From: Bacilli bacterium
GTDB taxonomy: Bacteria; Bacillota_I; Bacilli_A; RF39; UBA660
Reading direction: 5' to 3'
DNA: 53,639 bases
Assembly: GCA_017964405.1 (NCBI GenBank)
Contig: JAGCSA010000018.1
Span: 1 to 53,639 of the forward strand
This document shows positions 49,385 to 53,639 of the stretch, piece by piece. Each line of letters opens with the position of its first letter. The stretch's first letter is position 1. The notes under the pieces were generated by a model. The model had not been told where the DNA came from, made no database searches, and saw only the letters and a list, made by a program, of their open reading frames with translations. The position numbers and the translations under genes are program-made.

Positions 49385-50662
49385 ATGGAACGAAAAATAG
49401 AAGAATTTTTTCAAAAATGGAAAAGCGATATTATTAGGAAACCCATGGTATTGTATGGACCAAAACAAATTGGAAAGACTTTTTCAGCATTAGCGTTTGG
49501 AGAAAAAGAATATAAGAATGTTGTTTACTTCAATACAGAGAATAATAAAGAATTATTAGATTTATTCACAAAAGAAAAATCAACAGAAAAGATTATCTTA
49601 AATCTTTCATTAGATAGTGGAGAAACCATTCTAAAAGAAGATACTTTAATTATCTTAGATAATGTTAATCATATAGAGATTATCAAAGGATTAAAATTAT
49701 TTGGTAGTGAACATAGTGCATATCATATAATCGCAATTACTTCTCGTAGGGAAAACCTAAATGATTTTAAAGGAGAAGAATTACAGTTCAAAGGAATGAG
49801 TGCTATGGACTTTGAAGAATATCTATGGGCTCATAACGAGAAGAACCTTACGGATTTAATTCGAGAATCCTTCCAAAAGAGAAAGACGTGTCCATTCCAC
49901 AAAGTAGCTTTAGAGTATTTTCAAAACTATTTAACGGTAGGTGGAATGCCAGAAGTCATTCAAGCAGAATTAGATGGAAAGAGTTCTTTTGAATTAGAAG
50001 CGATTAAACAAAAGATCATGGATATCTATAAAAAGGAAGTTGCCATGAATACAACCTTAATCGATATTCCAAGAGGATTAGAAGTACTAGATTCTCTTCC
50101 AGAACAATTGAAGAAAGATAATAAGAAGTTTCAATATGGAACGATGGGTACTGGAAAAAGAGCAAAAGAATATGATAGTGCCATTAATTATCTAGTAAAC
50201 AATCAATTGGTATATAGAAGTTATAAAATTAAGAATGTAAAATCACCTCTATCTAGTTGCAAAGATACCGATAGTTTCAAACTATATGCTGTAGATACCG
50301 GTATTTTATATACGATGCTTCATTTGAATTATAAGAAAGTACAAACAGATGAGAATATGAAAGAGACCTTATATGAAAATATGATTGCCAAATCATTAGT
50401 AGAAAATGGATACTCTCTCTTCTATTATCAATCAGAAGGAAAAGCAGAAGTCAACTTTGTTGTACAAAATAGAATGGGTCAAATTCTACCAATTGAAATT
50501 ACAACGAAGACAAATTCGAAAGCAAAATCTCTATCTGTCTTTATGAAGAAATATACTTCTTCCCAAGCATTTAGAGTAACAGAGAATAATTTCTCAACCA
50601 AGAAAGACATTCGGTATATTCCAATCTATGCAGTATTCTGCCTAGATTATAATAAACTATAA
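49385..50662 (+). CDS. AAA-family ATPase with DUF4143 (degenerate motifs)
   Basis: LYGPKQIGKT, MDFEEYL, YLTVGGMPE, FKLYAVDTG, AEVNFV. Confidence 0.85.
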   Translation: MERKIEEFFQKWKSDIIRKPMVLYGPKQIGKTFSALAFGEKEYKNVVYFNTENNKELLDLFTKEKSTEKIILNLSLDSGETILKEDTLIILDNVNHIEIIKGLKLFGSEHSAYHIIAITSRRENLNDFKGEELQFKGMSAMDFEEYLWAHNEKNLTDLIRESFQKRKTCPFHKVALEYFQNYLTVGGMPEVIQAELDGKSSFELEAIKQKIMDIYKKEVAMNTTLIDIPRGLEVLDSLPEQLKKDNKKFQYGTMGTGKRAKEYDSAINYLVNNQLVYRSYKIKNVKSPLSSCKDTDSFKLYAVDTGILYTMLHLNYKKVQTDENMKETLYENMIAKSLVENGYSLFYYQSEGKAEVNFVVQNRMGQILPIEITTKTNSKAKSLSVFMKKYTSSQAFRVTENNFSTKKDIRYIPIYAVFCLDYNKL

Positions 50663-50674
50663 TAGGAGGTTCCC

Positions 50675-51004
50675 ATGAATACAGAAGAATATAATCGACT
50701 ATTAAGAAAGTATCAAGATTTAAAACTAGCAGGAGATATCCTACTAGGAATTGGTGGTACAGGATTCATTGGAAGTGTACTATCTCCTTTTGATTTTGAA
50801 GGACCTGTTATTGAAATCTTAACGGGAATCATTGCCATTATTGGTATCATCTTAAAGAAAGTAGGAGAAAACAAATTAGCAGATCTTCATGGAGTAGAGA
50901 CAACAGGCTTTAAAGCAGATGATAAAAAACAATTAGAAGATATACAAAAAAATATCGTAGAAACAACCAAACAAAGAAGAGAAAGAAAACAAAATAAGAA
51001 ATAA
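50675..51004 (+). CDS. Small hypothetical membrane protein
   Basis: GGAGG RBS; two hydrophobic stretches around PFDFEGP. Confidence 0.65.
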   Translation: MNTEEYNRLLRKYQDLKLAGDILLGIGGTGFIGSVLSPFDFEGPVIEILTGIIAIIGIILKKVGENKLADLHGVETTGFKADDKKQLEDIQKNIVETTKQRRERKQNKK

Positions 51005-51082
51005 ATCTATTAGGACAACTAATAGATTTTTTTTTACAAATTTTACAAGAAAAACCATAAAAAAAATTTATGTAAAAAGTTG

Positions 51083-51111
51083 TTGATTTATTGATATACC
51101 TATGTTAAAAT
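51083..51111 (+). promoter_or_regulatory. S10 operon promoter
   Basis: TTGATT-17 nt-TAAAAT with extended TG. Confidence 0.7.
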
Positions 51112-51119
51112 TAAATACG

Positions 51120-51250
51120 TGTGACTGCTTAGATGTGCGAGGTTGTCGATACACCAGGATAAGTTGATAATTATTTTCAAAGAAAATGTTAAAAACTTAC
51201 TCTTAAGAGTCGGGTTATTCGTACGGAGCAAGTCTATACTAGATATAGGC
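51120..51250 (+). ncRNA. Firmicute rpsJ (S10 operon) leader RNA
   Basis: GC-richer 5' UTR with GAGGTTGTCGATACACC...CGGG...CGGAGCAAGTCT, similar to Bacilli S10 leaders as I recall them. Confidence 0.65.
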
Positions 51251-51266
51251 GAAGGGAGGATTTCAA

Positions 51267-51578
51267 ATGTCAACAGAAAAGATTCGTATCAGAATTAAAG
51301 CTTATGATCATAGAATCTTAGATAATGCAGCAAAGAAAATTGTTGAAACTGTCAAGAGATCTGGTGGTAACATTTCTGGCCCAGTACCACTACCAACAGA
51401 AATTGAAAAGTTCACAATTCTAAGAGCTGTACACAAGTACAAAGATTCACGTGAGCAATTCGAAATGCGTACACACAAAAGATTGATTGATGTTAAGAAT
51501 CCAAGCAAGGAAACTATTGATGCATTAGCACATTTAGATTTACCAAGCGGAGTAGACATCGAAATAAAAACAAAATAA
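51267..51578 (+). CDS. rpsJ: 30S ribosomal protein S10
   Basis: [33 protein letters not shown]. Confidence 0.98.
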   Translation: MSTEKIRIRIKAYDHRILDNAAKKIVETVKRSGGNISGPVPLPTEIEKFTILRAVHKYKDSREQFEMRTHKRLIDVKNPSKETIDALAHLDLPSGVDIEIKTK

Positions 51579-51592
51579 TGGAGGAAAAATAA

Positions 51593-52378
51593 ATGAAAGG
51601 AATCTTAGGTAAAAAAGTCGGAATGACTCAAGTTTTCACAAAAGATGGAAAACTTATCCCAGTTACTGTTGTTGAAGTAGAACCAAATGTGGTTACTCAA
51701 ATCAAAACAGTAGAAAAAGATGGTTATGATGCCATTCAACTTGCTACAGAATCTATTAGAGAGAAATCAAGTAACAAAGCTGAAATGGGTCATACGAAAA
51801 AAGCTAACACAACACCTAAGCGCTTCTTAAGAGAAATTAGAGGAGTTAATGTTAATGATTACACGTTAGGTCAAACAATCGGTGTAGACATTTTCGAAGC
51901 TGGAGAAATTGTTGATGTTACAGGAACCTCTAAAGGTAAAGGGTTCCAAGGTGTTATTAAACGCCACAACCAAAAAATTGGTCCAAAAGGACACGGTTCA
52001 CAATACCACAGAGGTGTTGGTTCTCTAGGTACATTACTTCCAATGCATGTACTTAAGGGAAAGAAAATGCCTGGACAAATGGGTAATGTTCAAAGAACTG
52101 TACAAAATCTTGAAATTGTATCAATCGATACAGAAAATAGTGTAATTTTAGTTAAAGGTAATGTTCCTGGTGCAAAGAAATCATTAGTAATGATTCGTAC
52201 CGCAGTAAAGAAACCAAATGAAAAGAATAATGCAGCTGATTTAATTACTTACGATCAAGCAGCAGAAGCAGTAGCAGAAGTAGAAGCTAGTGCAGATGCT
52301 CCTGAAGAAGTAGAAGAAGTAGTAGTTGAAGAAGCAGTTGCAGAAGAAACACCTGCTGAAGAAACAACAGAAGAATAA
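51593..52378 (+). CDS. rplC: 50S ribosomal protein L3 with acidic C-terminal extension
   Basis: [26 protein letters not shown]. Confidence 0.98.
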   Translation: MKGILGKKVGMTQVFTKDGKLIPVTVVEVEPNVVTQIKTVEKDGYDAIQLATESIREKSSNKAEMGHTKKANTTPKRFLREIRGVNVNDYTLGQTIGVDIFEAGEIVDVTGTSKGKGFQGVIKRHNQKIGPKGHGSQYHRGVGSLGTLLPMHVLKGKKMPGQMGNVQRTVQNLEIVSIDTENSVILVKGNVPGAKKSLVMIRTAVKKPNEKNNAADLITYDQAAEAVAEVEASADAPEEVEEVVVEEAVAEETPAEETTEE

Positions 52379-52439
52379 TCATCACAGAGTAGTAAAAAGA
52401 ATAAAAAATAATACAAAGTGATGAAAGGAGGAATCATAG

Positions 52440-53066
52440 ATGAAAAAAGTAGAACTTTTAAATCTAAAAGGTGAAAAAGTAAAGGACATTAATTTAAACG
52501 AAGAAATATTTGGAATTACACCAAACAATGCAGTTTTAAATGATGCAATCATTTTATCAATGGCATCATTAAGACAAGGAACACATAAAACTAAAAATCG
52601 TTCAGAAGTTTCTGGTGGCGGAAGAAAACCATGGAGACAAAAAGGAACTGGACATGCACGTCAAGGTTCAATTAGAGCCGTTCAATGGGTAGGAGGAGGA
52701 CGTTATGGAACTCCAGTACCTAGAGACTATAGTAAAAAACAAAATAGAAAAGAAAGACAATTAGCAATTCGTACTGCTTTAACAGAAAAAGTAGATGCAA
52801 AAGAATTATTAGTAGTTGAAACATTAAAAGTAGAAACTCCTAAGACTTCAGAAATGAAGAAACTTCTTGAATCATTAAAAATAGCAGACAAGAAAGTATT
52901 ACTAGTTGTTAAAGAATTTGATGATAACATCATCTTAGCATCAAGAAATATTCAAAATCTTGTTCTTATCTTAGCAGATGAAATCAACGTATTAGATATC
53001 GTTGGTACAGATGTAATGGTAATGACAGAAGATGCATTAAAATATGTTGAGGAGGTGCTTAAATAA
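52440..53066 (+). CDS. rplD: 50S ribosomal protein L4
   Basis: [26 protein letters not shown]. Confidence 0.98.
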   Translation: MKKVELLNLKGEKVKDINLNEEIFGITPNNAVLNDAIILSMASLRQGTHKTKNRSEVSGGGRKPWRQKGTGHARQGSIRAVQWVGGGRYGTPVPRDYSKKQNRKERQLAIRTALTEKVDAKELLVVETLKVETPKTSEMKKLLESLKIADKKVLLVVKEFDDNIILASRNIQNLVLILADEINVLDIVGTDVMVMTEDALKYVEEVLK

Positions 53067-53350
53067 TGAAAGACACAAAGTATTTAGAAATTATCAAAGC
53101 ACCAGTTGTAACTGAAAAATCAGAAACAGCAAAACAAGAAGGAAAATATACTTTTAAAGTTGATCCAAAAGCAAACAAACTTCAAATCAAAGAAGCAATT
53201 GAAAAATGCTTCAATGTAAAGGTTACTTCTATTAGAACAATCAATGTAAAACCTAAGAAGAGAAGAGTAGGACGCTATACTGGATTAACAAATCGTACAA
53301 AGAAAGCAATTGTTACTCTAGCAGATGGACAAACAATTGATCTTGGTTAG
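53066..53350 (+). CDS. rplW: 50S ribosomal protein L23
   Basis: [25 protein letters not shown]. Confidence 0.98.
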   Translation: MKDTKYLEIIKAPVVTEKSETAKQEGKYTFKVDPKANKLQIKEAIEKCFNVKVTSIRTINVKPKKRRVGRYTGLTNRTKKAIVTLADGQTIDLG

Positions 53351-53364
53351 AAGGAGGAAATAGT

Positions 53365-53639
53365 ATGGCAATTAGAAATTTTAAACCTACTACACCAGGA
53401 CGTAGAAAAATGAGTACTTTAGTCAATGAAGAATTAACAACAAGTACTCCTGAAAAATCTCTTACAGTTACTATGAAGAAAAGTAGTGGCCGTAATAATC
53501 AAGGTAAGATTACAGTTCGTCATCAAGGTGGCGGAGTAAAAAGAAAATATCGTATCATTGATTTCAAAAGAAATAAACGAAACGTACCTGGATCAGTAGC
53601 AAGTATTGAATATGATCCAAACAGAACTGCAAACATTGC
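53365..53639 (+). CDS. rplB: 50S ribosomal protein L2 (partial)
   Basis: [14 protein letters not shown]...[16 protein letters not shown]...[12 protein letters not shown]; runs off the window. Confidence 0.97.
   Translation, partial: MAIRNFKPTTPGRRKMSTLVNEELTTSTPEKSLTVTMKKSSGRNNQGKITVRHQGGGVKRKYRIIDFKRNKRNVPGSVASIEYDPNRTANI

Noticed and set aside
18-52933. Many short minus-strand ORFs in the track (and 14300-14548 on +)
   Set aside because: They are antisense shadows of well-supported genes, without RBS or recognisable motifs

Overview
Chromosomal segment of a low-GC, A-rich Firmicute (Bacilli-like gene order; a reduced gut lineage such as RF39 is an inference). Almost all genes are on the + strand. 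The conserved backbone is secA (3' end) ... prfB (+1 frameshift)-yitT x2-ftsEX-M23 ... uvrB-uvrA-yvlD-lgt-yvcK-whiA ... gap-pgk-tpiA, spo0A and the start of the S10 operon (rpsJ-rplC-rplD-rplW-rplB). secA and prfB, adjacent in Bacillus, are split by about 20.6 kb of mostly single-gene units with tightly packed terminators and promoters. That block holds sortase B and a substrate, HD, SDR, a Cys-His-Asp orphan, an NDT-like protein, GNAT, a LOG-Ada fusion, PPi-PFK, an Ltp-repeat protein, NfnAB and a WXG100-like four-gene locus. Best leads: (1) an exported protein with an internal, apparently non-splicing Hint domain followed by a 145-aa tail (Hedgehog-like layout); (2) a WXG100-like pair plus two orphan helical proteins (putative type VII substrate module); (3) a cluster of oppositely oriented DnaA-box pairs inside a radical SAM coding sequence; (4) the NDT-like/GNAT/LOG-Ada nucleotide-processing cluster. 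No rRNA, tRNA, CRISPR array, integrase or transposase was recognised. All family calls come from motif recognition by eye, not from database searches.
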